64,000 nucleotides of DNA, taken from assembly GCA_964016885.1 (NCBI GenBank), contig OZ024742.1:311922001-311986000 (forward strand), written 5' to 3'. Source of the DNA: Eledone cirrhosa. Taxonomy: Eukaryota. How positions within the stretch are numbered: position 1 is the first letter of the stretch; each line of letters opens with the position of its first letter. This document shows, piece after piece, positions 46,935 through 61,008 of this stretch. A model generated the notes under the pieces. It did not search any database, was not told the origin of the DNA, and saw only the letters and a program-made list of their open reading frames with translations. The position numbers and the translations under genes are program-made.

Positions 46935-47154
46935 AACTCGTGTGTTACACCTCTATTTTTTAAAATATATATATATATATATATATAGGAACAAATAAGA
47001 CCTCGACGGCTGAGCTCAAGCCGTTTCGACTGCTAATTCTGTACTGAGCTCAGCCGTCAGGGTCTTATTTGTTCCTATTACCCACTCTACTACCCTAAGT
47101 ATTGAGTACTTTGGTGCGTTATGGTCCACCTGGTTCCTTACCACATTTCCTTCG

Positions 47155-47187
<33 letters not shown>

Positions 47188-47213
47188 TATGTATGTATAT
47201 ATATATGCATATG

Positions 47214-47266
<53 letters not shown>

Positions 47267-47268
47267 GC

Positions 47269-47304
<36 letters not shown>

Positions 47305-47718
47305 ATAGGAAAAGAGTCAGAACCGCGATGCGGAGCTCAAACCGTCTCGACAGCTATTTCTGGACTAAATTAAATTTTTAGTGTGGTGTTGATATAGCCG
47401 ATCTCTTCAAGGGGTAATTCCATATATGGGCATGCGATAGTCAGGCATTTCTGAATGTTGTAGTTATCAAAAGGAGTGGTCGAAGTTCAGAAATGGCTGA
47501 CTATCGCATGCCCATATATGGAATTACGCCTTGAAGAGATCGGATATATCAACACCACGCTAAAAATTTAATTTAGTCCAAAAAATAGCTGTCGAAACGG
47601 CTTGATCTCTGCCGTCTGGATTCTCACTCTTTACCTATTACCCACTCTACTACCCAGAGTATCGAGTACTCTGGTCTGTTATGGTCCACCTGGTTCCTTA
47701 CCACACTTCCTTCGTTAT
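47305..47718. mobile_element. Inverted-arm plus tail non-autonomous element with decayed HHR-like core; relatives at about 46987-47158, 50130-50305, 35838-35920
   Basis: Arms about 47305-47455 and 47486-47637, then about 80 bp of unpaired tail shared with the relatives. Confidence 0.65.
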
Positions 47719-47817
47719 ATATAATGAATGAAACAGTTCTAGTCCTGTAGAATCTCATCTATATTAAAACTATATATATATATATATATATGCATGTATG
47801 TGAGTGAGTGTGTGTGT

Positions 47818-47902
<85 letters not shown>

Positions 47903-48644
47903 TACAAAAATGTATATACATTATAGCTATTCTATTTATAACCTCATATTTTTTGCTTGGACAGCTAACATTTGACACATCAGCTAACATTTGACACATC
48001 AGCGAAGTCGATTCCCCAATAATACCGGTGTCTTTATAATACATTTTACTCTTAATTTTCAGCTGGTCTTTCTTAATGTATGCATGCATGTGGTCTTGTT
48101 TTCATAATTGCTTCTACTTTTGGCACAAGGCCACAATTACCCAGTGCATTACTGGTACTTTATTTTATCGACCCCGTAAGGATGAAAGGCAAAGTTAACC
48201 TCGGCGGGATTTGAACTCAGATCATAAAGGGACGTAACTCTATGCTTCAAAGCATGGCGTCCGACCCTCTACCGATACTGCCAATAATGATGACATTTAA
48301 ACATTATTCATGTTTTAGCATTTAATCTATCAGTTATTTTAGTTAAAATATAACCGTTTTCTTCTGTATATAGTTGACATTGATTGCTTAGTTCTATTCA
48401 TATATGGTATACCGTGTTAAACGGTAGCGAATTTGATGTTTAAATTATCACAGCATTCAAACAAGTACCTCGCATGAGTTAAAACTATTTAGTTTCACTC
48501 CTCTTTGTCCCTGAAAATTAATCTACAGCTTAAATGACAGCTCTTAAAGCGGTCTTTGCTCAAACGGTTGTGGTATTTGTACCGGTTCTTTGCGTCGCGT
48601 GTTCAAATCCTGCCTGTTCTGCCAATTCACCGCCCTCAAATATA

Positions 48645-49278
48645 ATAATGGTTTCTTATGTAGGCAGAAGGCCAGCAATTTTGGGGAAGGGGGAAGTTGA
48701 TTACATCGACCCTAGTGCGTTATTGGTGCTTTACTTTATCGGCCCCGTAAGGACGAAAGGCAATGCTAACATTGGTGAAATATGAATTCAGATCGTAAAG
48801 AGCCGTAACTCTATGCTGCAAAGCATGGTATCCGAACTTCTACCAATACTGCCAATCCACTGCCTTTATCGATATAATAATGGTTTCTTATATAGGCACA
48901 AGGCCAGCAATTTTGGGGGAGGGGAAAGTCGATTAAATCGACCCAGTGCATTACTGGTACTTTATTTTATCGACCCCGTAAGGATGAAAGGCAAAGTTTA
49001 CCTCGGCGGGATTTGAACTGAGATCATAAAGGACCGTAACTCTATACTGCAAAGCATGGCATCCGACCTTCTACCGATACTGCCAATCCACCGCCTTTAT
49101 TAATATAATAATTGTTTCTACGTTTGGCACAAGGCCAGCAATTATCCCAGCGCATTACTGGTACTTTATTTTATCGACCCCGTAATGATGAAAGGTAAAG
49201 TTAACCTCGGCAGGATGTGAACTCAGAATGGCAAGGGTCGTAACTCTATGCGTCAAAGCATGGTGTCCGATCCTCTAG
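48645..49278 (-). mobile_element. Three head-to-tail SINE copies
   Basis: Three successive reverse-oriented SINE bodies separated by short AT-rich linkers. Confidence 0.82.
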
Positions 49279-49306
49279 CCTGTCAAAGTATTTTATCGAT
49301 TGAATC

Positions 49307-49426
<120 letters not shown>

Positions 49427-49488
49427 TGACGAAGGACTATTTTTATCTTATGTAACCCATGTGCAACCACGCAGTATTCTTTCTTCTC

Positions 49489-49541
<53 letters not shown>

Positions 49542-50304
49542 TTTAGTGCCATTATAAAAGAAACAAACAAAGACTCATATAGTTCATTCTGTTGTTTAAA
49601 CTACTCCAGCTGACATGTGGCCAAAGGTAATTCAGCCGTAACTAATCCGACTTTTGTTCAAACACAGTTTATCTAGAGGGTATTTTTTTCTTTTTTTCTT
49701 CTGTTAAACTTAAATGACCTAACTTCACATACATGATTGTGTGTGTCCGTGAAACATATACACATACACAAGGTCCGAACACAAAGGAACCAAACTTCTA
49801 CTGTCACTGCCTCCGTCTCTCCCGCTCTCCCCATCTCTTACTGTTATGAGCAAATGGAGGCCCCTACATTATTCAATATCTGCTTCTTTTTTTTTTATTA
49901 CTTATACTTTTAACTTAAGGTTTATTTCTAGAAGGCAGATAAGTTTAAGGTCATTAAGCACATTACTTTCCTTACTAGCTGCTTGTCATTCTAATATAAA
50001 CATTTCAATGATGGGATATAACTGTCAAACTTTGATATTTCAATTTTTGTCTGAAGAATTCCTTGACAGTCAGGCTATATGAATATAAACTACCTATATC
50101 TGTCTGTCTGTCAATCCTTCTATATATATACCAGCTAGATCCCCGCCGCTCGAATACCGGTGCTTCAGTTCGGATCTAGGTGTTGAAACGGTCGGAGCTC
50201 ATCTGTCGAGGTCCTGAATTTGTTCATATTGCCCATTCTACTACCTTAAATATCGAGTACTCTGGTGAGTAATGGTCTAACTGGTTTTTACTGCCTCCAT
50301 TCTG

Positions 50305-50335
<31 letters not shown>

Positions 50336-50336
50336 C

Positions 50337-50407
<71 letters not shown>

Positions 50408-50424
50408 TAAGAGAGAGAGAGAGT

Positions 50425-50474
<50 letters not shown>

Positions 50475-50951
50475 GAGAGAGTGCCACAATTGGCATTAAG
50501 GAGAATTTAACGGAATAACAAAGGAAATAGAAGCGAGCATAACAAAATCAACAAACATACATTAATGTAAACAGTTCTGAAAGACGTGGGTTCGATTCCT
50601 CGACTGCGTGGAGTGTTGTGTTCTCGGACAAAACGTTTCATTTCATGTTGGTTTTCATTGTGGGACTGGGGGCCCTGTTTTTAAAACACCCTATGAGATA
50701 CAACGTCATAGGAGGACAGCTAAATTCGTATAGGTGCGAGCTGCAAATTTCAGTTTCATTTCAGAGTAAACAGTTCTTCACAGAAACAAGCAGCTCTATG
50801 AAATATTAAATTAATAACTGCAACAATTCTCTGGGATATGCCAACAGAAACAGCCCGCCGACCATAAAGAAAAGAAATGCCTTCTAACTGACCTATCAAT
50901 CCTCGCAGATGGTAATATATCTATGAAGGAAATTGAGAAATTAACCAAATA

Positions 50952-51153
50952 CAGTCTGTTCGGTTTTTACGCGAATTCGCTTTAACACTGCTTGAAAACA
51001 ATATTATTAGATGTTCACTTTGCGCGAATGACGCGCTATAACAGGCGTCGTTTTTAATTTTTTTATTTATCAGAAATATAGACTTGAATTACGCGAATTT
51101 GCTTTACGCGCCGCATTCACGAACGCATCTTCGCGTAAAAAGCGAACACACTG
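50952..51153. mobile_element. Tc1/mariner/pogo-type MITE
   Basis: TA|CAGTCTGTTCGGTTTTTACGCGAA ... TTCGCGTAAAAAGCGAACACACTG|TA. Confidence 0.78.
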
Positions 51154-51656
51154 TATAAGGTCCTGGAGATAGAAATAATCCTAATGTGGATGATGATAGC
51201 AGAAACAATCCCACCGCCACCACCACCACTACCCTTAAAATCTACCCCACCTCCAACAACACGACAGCAAACACAGAAAACACCAAGACCCTAAAAGCAG
51301 ACACAATACACAGCCATAGACACAGACAACACAAAGCTTTTAAATTACATTCAACACCGCACCAACATCACAGAAACAAACTACGTACAAACCACCAAAA
51401 TTGCACCACCCCCCACACACACCCATACAAATAATAGAAATTACACAAAATAATTACATAACATAAAAAAAATGTTCCCCACATCAATAGGATACTACCG
51501 AGGGAACATCACCAAAAGATAATTCACGGATATTCTCGTGGAGAAACCCACCAATGGTCGGAGGGATGGATCACCCACCCCCTTCCTAAAGAAGAGCCAC
51601 AGGTAATTTGTTTGTACCTCTCCCCTCTCACTTGTTTTCCTCCTATCCTAGCCAAC

Positions 51657-54600
51657 ATGGCTACTCTCAGAATAGGTAGCATAAATGTACGTGGCCTGGG
51701 GTCGTCTTGGAAGCAGGGGCACCTGCTGAACGATCTCAGGTCGCTAAACATAGATGTGGTGGCCATCAGCGAGACCAGAATCTCCGAGGCACGGCCCTTC
51801 GCACCGATCTTCGGCGGCTACGATGTGTACGCATCTCCCAGAGGTCCGGGATCGGGGGGAGGAGTTGCTGTGCTTTTTCGGAGAGGTTTGGATCTCGCCA
51901 TACGGGCCATCTTCCTGGACCCAGAGGGTAAGCTGGTGGTGCTGGACGTGACCAGCGGAGACGGGCAAGCTTTCAGGCTAGTGGCCGTCTATGCCCCGAC
52001 AGGAGCAGGGCGGCCTGATTTCTTCCGGCGTCTGGAGACCTTTCTTGGAACGTCCCGCTCTTTAGTGTTAGTGGGCGACTGGAACGGGATCTTAGATGCA
52101 CGCTAGGACTGTGTGGGATTAGCGGATAGGGGTGGGGGGTGCAAGAGCCTCACCAACCTGCTCAGGCGTTTTGAACTGTCTGACAGGTACCGATTGGATT
52201 TCCCGAATGCGCCAATGTGGACTTGGACAAATCGCATAGGGTCATCCAGATCATATCTAGATAGAGTATTTTGTAGGGAAATAGATAGGTCTAGCATAGG
52301 CTGTCCACAATTCAAGATAGTCAGCTACACGGACCACAAATTCGTGACCTGTGTGCTTGACTTAGATAGGCTTCATAGACGAGGACCCGGCTACTGGAAG
52401 CTAAACGCGTCCTTACCAGCGCGCAAGGCCTACAGAGACCGGATTAGCGAACTAGTTAAGCGGGCGTTGACGGGGGCCATCGTCAACAACAAGTGGTGGT
52501 TTGCTCTGAAAAGAGCGATTAGAATAGAATCGATTAGGTTTAGTAAGGCTTTAGCAATAGAGAAAAATAGAGCAGAGGGAGAACTAGTTAGAAAATTAGA
52601 CGAGGCGCTTAGCAAAGGCATTGCGACCGACGTGCTTGCGGCGAAATTGGCCCTTGACCAATTCTTCAATGCAAAGCACGAAGGCTGCGTTGTCAGAGCA
52701 AGGGTGCGTGCTCTCAGACACGAGGGGACGAAAGCCGTTCAATGGGCCCGAGTGGCGGAGGCGCGTCGTGGCAACAAAGCCACGATCCGGTCTTTGGTGG
52801 ACCACGACGGGCGCATGCTACTCGATCCCGGGCAAATGTGTGAAGATTTTCAGCGACACTTCGCTAAGCTGTTCGGGGGCAGCGGTGGGCCGGGTAGAGG
52901 GATGGACTTTAGTGTCTACCTCGACGGACTGCCGCGGCTTTCGGCCACTGAGGCGAAGTGTTGCGAAAAGCCGATAACAGCCGCTGAAGTAAGGGAGGCA
53001 ATGACTGGCTGCACAAGGGGTAAATCGCCTGGTTTGGATGGTCTGCCCTATGAACTTTACGTACAGATGCCAGACTTGTTCGGAGGCCTCTTGGCGGACG
53101 TCTACTGCAACTGGCAACAGAACGGGAGAATTCCCAGCTCTGTGAGCCGAGGAGCGGTGGCACTGCTGAGAAAGGATCCGAACAAGGGGGATAACATAGA
53201 CAATTTCCGGCCCATAACTCTGCTAAACACAGAGTTTAAGATTTTGGCCAAGGTGCTAGCAAAGAGGTTGGCGCTTGTCGTTGGTGGTCTGGTGGGAGAG
53301 GCGCAGACATGCGCCATTCCCGACAGATCAATCCACGTCAACCTCCACCTCATGCGATACATCGTAGAGAGGGTAGCTAAGGAACCTGGCACGGGTGGGT
53401 CCTTGATCAATTTAGATCAGTCGAAAGCTTTCGATAGGGTCGACCATCGTTACCTAGCGGCAGTCCTGAGGGCGGCTGGCTTTGGGTCCGTCTTCAGAGG
53501 CTGGATCGCTGCCATGCACAGCGACATCTGCTCTGTGGTGAGAGTGAACGGTCACCTATCGGAACCGTTCAACATCATGCGCTCTGTCCGCCAAGGATGT
53601 CCCCTCTCGTCCCTCTTGTACGTATTGACTCTCGAGCCATTACTGCACAAACTGGAGACGTTGAGGGGAGTCCCGCGCGAACTAGGATGCGGAAGATCCG
53701 TGTCAGCATATGCGGACGATGTCACCGTAGTGGTGTCGAACGCCAAACACATCGAGGCGATCGGCACTACACTAAGAGAATACGAAACGGTGACAGGAGC
53801 AATGATCAACCAGGAAAAGTCAGTGGGCCTGCAGCTCGGCACCTGGAGAGGCAGGTCCATGCCGTCCAACAGCGTCGTCGGACGCTGGACGGACGGACCG
53901 GTTAAATTGCTAGGGGTCTGGTTCGGTCCAGACCTCCAGACGGACAAAAACTGGGACGAGGTGACGAGCAGGGTGGCTTCTCTCACCCAGAAATGGGCGG
54001 AGAGGAAGCTATCCCTGAAAGGTCGAGCGGAGGTGGCTAACGCGTACATCGCGTCTGTCATCTGCTACCGCCTGACCGTCGTACCTTGTCCTAAGCCTCG
54101 CCTGACTGCGCTGGAGCGTTTGCTCTTTCGCTTTTTGTGGAAGGGACGTGCTCCGATGGTCAGGCGGTCCATCTGTTGTCAACACCCGCTACGTGGAGGG
54201 CTGGGCATGCCGTGGCTGATGATGCGCAGGCACGCGCTCAGGCTACGACATCTCCACCTCTTCCTCGACGGTGATCAGGTGTGGTCGCTGTTTGCTAGGC
54301 GCGTATTTCCCCAGCTCGTTTCCTTGACGGAGCTGCAGTCCTGGGTCAAGCGAAGACCGAGAGGGAGCGCCTGGAGACTGGAATGTCTTCAGGCGCTCAC
54401 AGCCCTCGACCAATCGGGCAATGTGATCGGTGGAAACTCCACCTCGGCGTTCTATAGAGGATTAGTGGAGGGTAAGAGCGACGACGTACTTGGGGAAACT
54501 CTAGGCGTCGACGAAAATCAACTAGCCAATCTCTTCGGAAGAACTTTCGGGCCGGGGCCTATGGACAACTTCCAGAAATCTCTGGCCTGGCAGTGCTACC

Positions 54601-55076
54601 GAGGAGCCTTGCCAGTTCGGGATAAACTCTACAGGCATGGAGGTGCCGTCAGCCGGGCATGTCCGAGATGCGCGCAGGGCGACGAAACCGTCCTGCACGC
54701 ACTCGTCCAGTGTCCAAAAATTGCTGACTTGTGGGTTTATGTCGAACACCTGCTGTCGCGTTTAGGACGGATCCAGCTATCATCTGAGTCCATCGTGAGG
54801 ATTGCCCCGCCCTCCTCCTTTAGCCGGGAAGGGCAGGCAGTTTTTATCTGTCTGGTGGCCATGGCGAAAGAGATAGTATGGTGGACACGTTTGAAAGGGC
54901 TGAAGACGAGCACTTACCTCTTCGGTGATGCTCTGATTGACTTTTTCAAATTTCATTTGAAAAGGAAAATCAGAGTAGAGAGGGAAGTGCTCTCTTCCCA
55001 GCATTTTGTTGAAAGATGGGTGAGAGAAGCAAGAATGGCCCGAGTGAATGGGCCTACTCTGAGTATATATCTGTAA
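51657..55076 (+). pseudogene. L1/Tx1-clade LINE ORF2 (APE endonuclease, RT, C-terminal zinc finger) with a single in-frame TAG at 52104-52106; 3' UTR runs to about 55324
   Basis: SINVRGL, ISET, VYAP, GDWN, YLDR, YTDH, GYWKLN, KSPGLDG, FRPITLLN, LDQSKAFD, VRQGCPLS, AYADD, CPRC..ETVLHALVQC; both ORF pieces are in the same frame; AATAAA near 55315. Confidence 0.92.
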
Positions 55077-55357
55077 ATTAAAGGTGGAAAACTGGGAGAG
55101 GGCACTTGCCTTGGTGGTCAGGGTCATTGTGGCTTTTTACTGGGCTTTCTCCACAAATGTCCCTCCGAAGTCTGCCCCCTTTTGGGGAATTTTTCATTGT
55201 TATTTTTTGTTACATCCTCTGTTTTTGTTTTTTACACGCAGAAATGCCCATTTGTACCGTCCTGCATTGTCCTGCACTGTCCTTAATGTCTACTTTATGT
55301 AAACCCTTGTGGTTAATAAAGAAATCATTATTATTATTATTATTATTGTTATTGTTA

Positions 55358-56669
55358 TTCCTTGAATCTCAGTCATTGATGTTGGTTAACTGGAAAGTCC
55401 GTTGGATTGAATATCAAGCCACTACCTGCAGCCTCAGATATTCAGGACGTATCGGAGGGTTCTTGCTGTTCCAAGCAAGCATGCCTTTTGAAGCGTTCCA
55501 AAAAGCGTGAAGGGGCCGATTTTCTTTAACCATCCCTGGAAACCTTTGGAGATAGTCCCCAGTGCGCCTATGACAATCGGGATCACTTTGACTTCATGGC
55601 AGTTCCAAATCCTTTTCACCTCCCACTTTAGGTCCTGGTATCGGTTAATTTTCTCCCTCTCCTTCTCTTGCACTCTCGTGTCGAACGGGCAGGCCACATC
55701 CACAATCAGGCACGATCTTTTTTCTTTGTCCACAACCACCAGGTCAGGTCTATTGTGTTCCAGTTTTTTGTCCGTCTGTATCCTAAAATCCCACAGCACC
55801 TTCACCTGACTGTTCTCCATCACCGCCTCTGGCCTATGCTCATACCATTTCTCAGAATGTGGTAGATTGTTTACTTTGCACGGGTGCCAGTGGATCACCC
55901 TGCCCATCACATCGTGTCTCCAGCCCTTATAGTGGGTCTGGGCTAGGTGTTTACACTCGGACACAATGTGAGCCACAGTCTCCTCTCTCTCTCCACAGAT
56001 CCTGCACAGTGGGCTAGCCTCCTCCTTGTAGATATGGTGCTTCAACCACTTCGTTTTGAGGGCCTGCTCCTGCGCAGCCATTAGCATTCCTTCTGTAGCC
56101 TTTTTGAGGTCTCCTCTTCTCAACCAGTTCCATGTCTGTGGATCTCTAAATTCAGTTTTCTCAAAGAAGGTACTATGAAGGGATTTTCCCTTAAGGCTGC
56201 TCTTCCTCCTTGATGTTATTTCCTCCTTGGACATCCCCTGGCCTACTGTCCCCTCCTTCAGTACAGTTCTGAGCATTGGCTCCTTACTATAGGTCACGTA
56301 TTTGTATAGGTTGTTTTTCTCCATCTGAACACAGTCCTCTATGCTGATAAGACCTCTTCCACCCTCAGATCTCCTTAGGTAGAGTCTATCGACATCACTC
56401 CTCTTGTGGAACATGTTGTAGATAGTCAATAGCTTCCTAGTCTTCCTATCCATTTCTTTTTGTTCAGCAACATTCCATCTCAGAATTCCCGCACTGTACC
56501 TAATAATAGACACAGCTCGGGAATTTACTGCGCTTATGGCATTTCTGCTGTTCAGATGTGACTTCAATACGCTCCTTACTCTCCGAATGTATTCAGTTCT
56601 TAACAATTCCTTCATTTTTTTGTTCTTTATGCCATCAGCCTCCAGAACGCCCAAATACTTGTATCCTTC
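55358..56669 (-). mobile_element. R4/Dong-like RLE LINE, 5'-truncated, frame intact, in (TTA)n
   Basis: Near-identical to 1527-2839; the ORF-track poly-Ile N-terminus is the flanking (TAA)n. Confidence 0.9.
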
Positions 56670-56760
<91 letters not shown>

Positions 56761-57171
56761 TGTTTCTGATTTAGGTACAAGGTCAACAATTTCAGGGGAG
56801 AGGAAAGCCTATTAAATCGACTTTAGTGCGTGACTAGTACTTTATTTTACGGGGTCGATAAAATAAAGTACCAGTCACACACTGGCGTCGATTTAATCGA
56901 CTTTTGCCTCCCCCAAAATTGCTGTCCTTGTGCCTAAATCTGAATTCAGAAATGGCAGTATCGGAAGAGGGCGGACGCCATGCTTTCCGGCATAGTTACG
57001 TCCCTTTACTGTCTGAGTTCAAATCCCGTCGAGGTTTACTTTGCCTTTCATCCTTACGGGGTCGATAAAATAAAGTACCAGTAATGCACTGGGTAATTGC
57101 TGGCCTTGTGCCTAAAGTAGAAACAATTATTATAGCTGATAATCAACCTCATATTGCTGACAATACATTAC

Positions 57172-57979
57172 CTGTTGTTGCCCTACTACATCTATCATAA
57201 CTATCTAATGATGTAGGTAATGAAGATAATAAGTCTGGTGGTTCTTCTTGTTGAGTACTGCCGTAATGTATGTATGACTGTTGCTGGTATAGATTAGTAT
57301 TGGCCACTTTCATCGACCAATCGGTGTCACTGTATATGTCAGCTGATGAACCGGAGGTCTCAAAAGAATTTGGTTTCATCAAAAGAAGTTGGTTTCTGTT
57401 GGTCATGTCAAAGTCGAAATCTATGTCATCACTTTTGTTATTGTTGTTGTTATTGTTATTATTATTATTATTAATGCTGTTGTCGAAGATGGTAGTGGTG
57501 GTAGTGGTGGTAGTAGTAGTATCGGTTGTTGTAATGTTGTTGTCATCATTACCATTGTCGACGTTAGTACTGTAGCAACTGTTGTTATTGTTAAGTTGGT
57601 TGTGACTAAACGGTAACGCTAGCTCTTCAATCTGTGACTCTGCCGAACTGATTTCATTGATAGAAACTAGTGGAACTGTAGTAGGTATTGCTGATAGATG
57701 TGATGACGATACATCCATTGCTGGTAAGACAGGTGTTGCAGGCGACAGAAAACACATATCGTGGACGTCGTTTTTGTCGTTGGCATTCAATGGAAAGTTT
57801 CTTGCGTTAGAATGTGATAAAACCGATGTCACTGCGTCTTCGTGTTGAAGATTTGTCGTAGGAGTCATCGTGGACGATGCTAGAATTTTGGTTCTAATAT
57901 CGTAAGGCACGGCTGACACGGCAGTCTGAAACGAGCAACAGTTAAAGAAACTGTCCGGAACAGATGACATGGTAAACAT
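57172..57979 (-). CDS. ETS gene coding exon 1 (start codon; low-complexity Ser/Thr/Asn-rich N-terminus); exon begins at 58006
   Basis: poly-T/AG acceptor at 58008-58007, in-frame TGA before ATG 57979, GTAATG donor at 57171 in phase 1 matching exon 2; five exons total 1596 nt = 531 aa + stop. Confidence 0.8.
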
Positions 57980-58069
57980 TATCAAGCTGCCAAATTTTCA
58001 GATTATCTAAAAAAAAAAAAAAAAAAAAAATTATATTTACATGTATGTATGTATGTATGTATGTATGTA

Positions 58070-58166
<97 letters not shown>

Positions 58167-58513
58167 ATACACACGTTAAGTACAGAGCTATAGTAAATAA
58201 TTTCCCAACAAAATTGTATATTATCTAAGGTTTCAAAGCCTGCTCTAGCATAGACCATATATATATAATAAATAAGACAAATACGTATATATATATATAC
58301 TAAATTCGTACATCTCCATTTTATTACTTAGTTCGTACGAACTAAGTAATAAAATGAAGATGTACGAATAAAACCGTCTCTCTTATTTATTATACTAAAC
58401 TCCGGACGATACCTTACGGAGAAAATTCTAAGGAACACAAACCGTGGAGTGCTTCACGTCTGTTTAAGAAAAGGTCGGCAGGTTTTTGATCAACCGACTT
58501 TCTTCAACTGAAT

Positions 58514-58614
<101 letters not shown>

Positions 58615-59391
58615 TATTCATAGAAAAATGAGAAAACTCATCGTTAGCATAGTTGTTAAAGCAACCAAATGCTCTCAATGACAGCGATGGGCAACAATGC
58701 CCCAGAAGACAGAAACCAACAGCCAGCGGCCATCGGTCGGCAGAGAGATAATCTACAGGCAGATGAAATTTAGAAAAAAATTACTTTAATTTATTAATTA
58801 ACTCAATACCAAGCATTGATTGCCCGAATCTTTTTTGTGTCGGTCGTTATTGAGACCTGTGGTGACCCCGGTCCCCGGGCTGCCATTTTTCTCTGCCGCA
58901 TCGGGACGAGCGTATCACGCTTGAGGGAGGTGGCACACGGCGCAGACCTGCCAACTTCTAAAAACGCAAACGGGGAGTACCATGAAAAAAAGGTGTCCCA
59001 AAACAGGGAGAAATGAGGCAAAATGGGGGGATTTTACGTAATGAAAGCTATACCCATTTTCACAAGAGAAGACATCTCTCCCCCACCCCAAAATGGGTGG
59101 GAGATCTCCCACCCATTTTAACAGGTCTGCAAACATTTATATTTCTTTGACAAATAGACGCTCTTTCGTTATCCTTTTCACATTGCTATTCATCGTCATT
59201 CTCTCTCTCTCTTTCTTTCTCTCTCCATCTCTCTCTTCCTTCCTCTCTGCAGCTCATACATTCTCTCTCTTTTTCGTCCCCTTTTTTTCTAAAGAGGCTA
59301 AACAAGACGTCACCAGTTCACTCCCTTTCTGCTCTTTTTTTATTATATCTTACTAATTTTTCTTTCTTATTACTCTCACACATGCTTGTAA

Positions 59392-60008
59392 ATAATTGTT
59401 TCTACTTTTGGCATAAGGCCAGCAATTATCTCAGAGCATTACTGGTTCTTTATTTTACCGACCCCGTTAGGATGAAAGGCAAAGTTAACCTCGGCGGGAT
59501 TTGAACTCAGTCTGTAAAGAGCCGCAACTCTATGCTGCAAAGCATGGTGTCCGACCCTCTTACCGATACTGCCAATCCATGCTTGTAAATAATTGTTTCT
59601 ACTTTAGGCACAAGGCCATCAATTTGGGGGGGGGGGAGGGGAAAGTCGATTAAATCGACTCCAGTACATTGCTGGTGCTTTATTTTATCGACTCCGTAAG
59701 GATGAACGGGAAAGTTAACCTTGGCGGGATTTGAACTCAGACCGCAAAGGGACATAACTCTATGCTGGAAAGCATGGTGTCCAACCCTTTACCGATGCTG
59801 CCAATCCACATGCTTGTAACTAATTGTTTCTACATTTGGCACAAGGCCAGAATTACCCAGTGCATTACTGGTACTTTATTTTATCGACCCCGTAAGGATG
59901 AAAGCAAAGTTAACCTCGGCGGGATTTGAACTCAGAATGGCAAGGGCCATAACTCAATGCGTCAAAGCATGGCGTCCGACCCTCTACCGATACTGCCAAT
60001 CCACCACC
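59392..60008 (-). mobile_element. Three head-to-tail SINE copies sharing a repeated target site
   Basis: (catg)cttgtaaataatt at 59381, 59578, 59809 (one mismatch) and 60009 brackets the three copies. Confidence 0.85.
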
Positions 60009-60454
60009 CTTGTAAATAATTCCTATCCTTTCCATTCACCAAATTTAACATCTTTTCTTTCAACTCTTAACGTCCTTTACCAAATGAAACCACATTAGCA
60101 AGACAACTTGAAAAGTACAAAACACACTTTGATTGCATCATATTATAACATTATACATTAATGCCTTTACTCTAATATTGTATATATTTCCAACGAACTC
60201 TCTACTAGTAAAGATTCTATAGACTTTTAAATCAACAAACCTTATTTCTATATATTTTCTACATAATCACTACAGAATGTTGAATAACAATGGATTGTTG
60301 ATTAATCAGTTAAACTTTCCTTATTGGAGATATTGACTTAGACTAACTCAACCCTAACTTAATGTAAATTTCTGAAATAAGTTAATGCTTGCTAAAATCT
60401 CCAGATTAAAACACTTCTATAGATTGTCGTAAATTTAAGCCAATACATTTTCCC

Positions 60455-60534
<80 letters not shown>

Positions 60535-60603
60535 ACACTCACACACTCACACAGATATGTATGTATAGGCAGATAAATAGATAGATAGATAGATATAGAT
60601 ATA

Positions 60604-61008
60604 TTTCTTTATTAGCCACAGGGGCACAAAAGAAGGGGACAAATACAAAGGGGGAAGTTTACATACAATAAAAACGTGTAAAATGTTATCACAGATGGAA
60701 TTTAAAAGTTAGTCGATTTTCCCCAATAGAGGGAGACAGTTTATATGGGTAACACAGACCCCCGAAAAAAATGTGCAACCCTCATCTCCAGGAGTACGAA
60801 GAGCTTGTACTCCTTTCCTCTCCTCCTCCTTTTCCTCAACCTACAGGCTGATATAGAGAGAAGGCCCATTCACTCGGGCCATTCTCGCCACTTTCACCCA
60901 CCTTTCATAAAACTTGCTGGGGTACAGCACCTCTCTCTCCATCCTGATTCTTCTTCCAAAGTGGTATTTGAAAAAAAGAATCAGTTGTTGGCCGGAGAGA
61001 AAGGTGTA
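60604..61008 (-). mobile_element. 3' fragment of a related L1/Tx1 subfamily
   Basis: FFKYHFGRRIRMEREVL..ERWVKVARMARVNGPSLYISL* matches the C-terminus of 52113..55076; same ..TAATAAAGAAA 3' end. Confidence 0.85.

Noticed and set aside
48105-48283. tRNA genes suggested by A/B-box motifs
   Set aside because: The boxes are SINE heads followed by the SINE body; no cloverleaf is evident
58803-59140. GC-richer segment as the ETS promoter or first exon
   Set aside because: No convincing donor or promoter evidence; it could equally be a TE remnant
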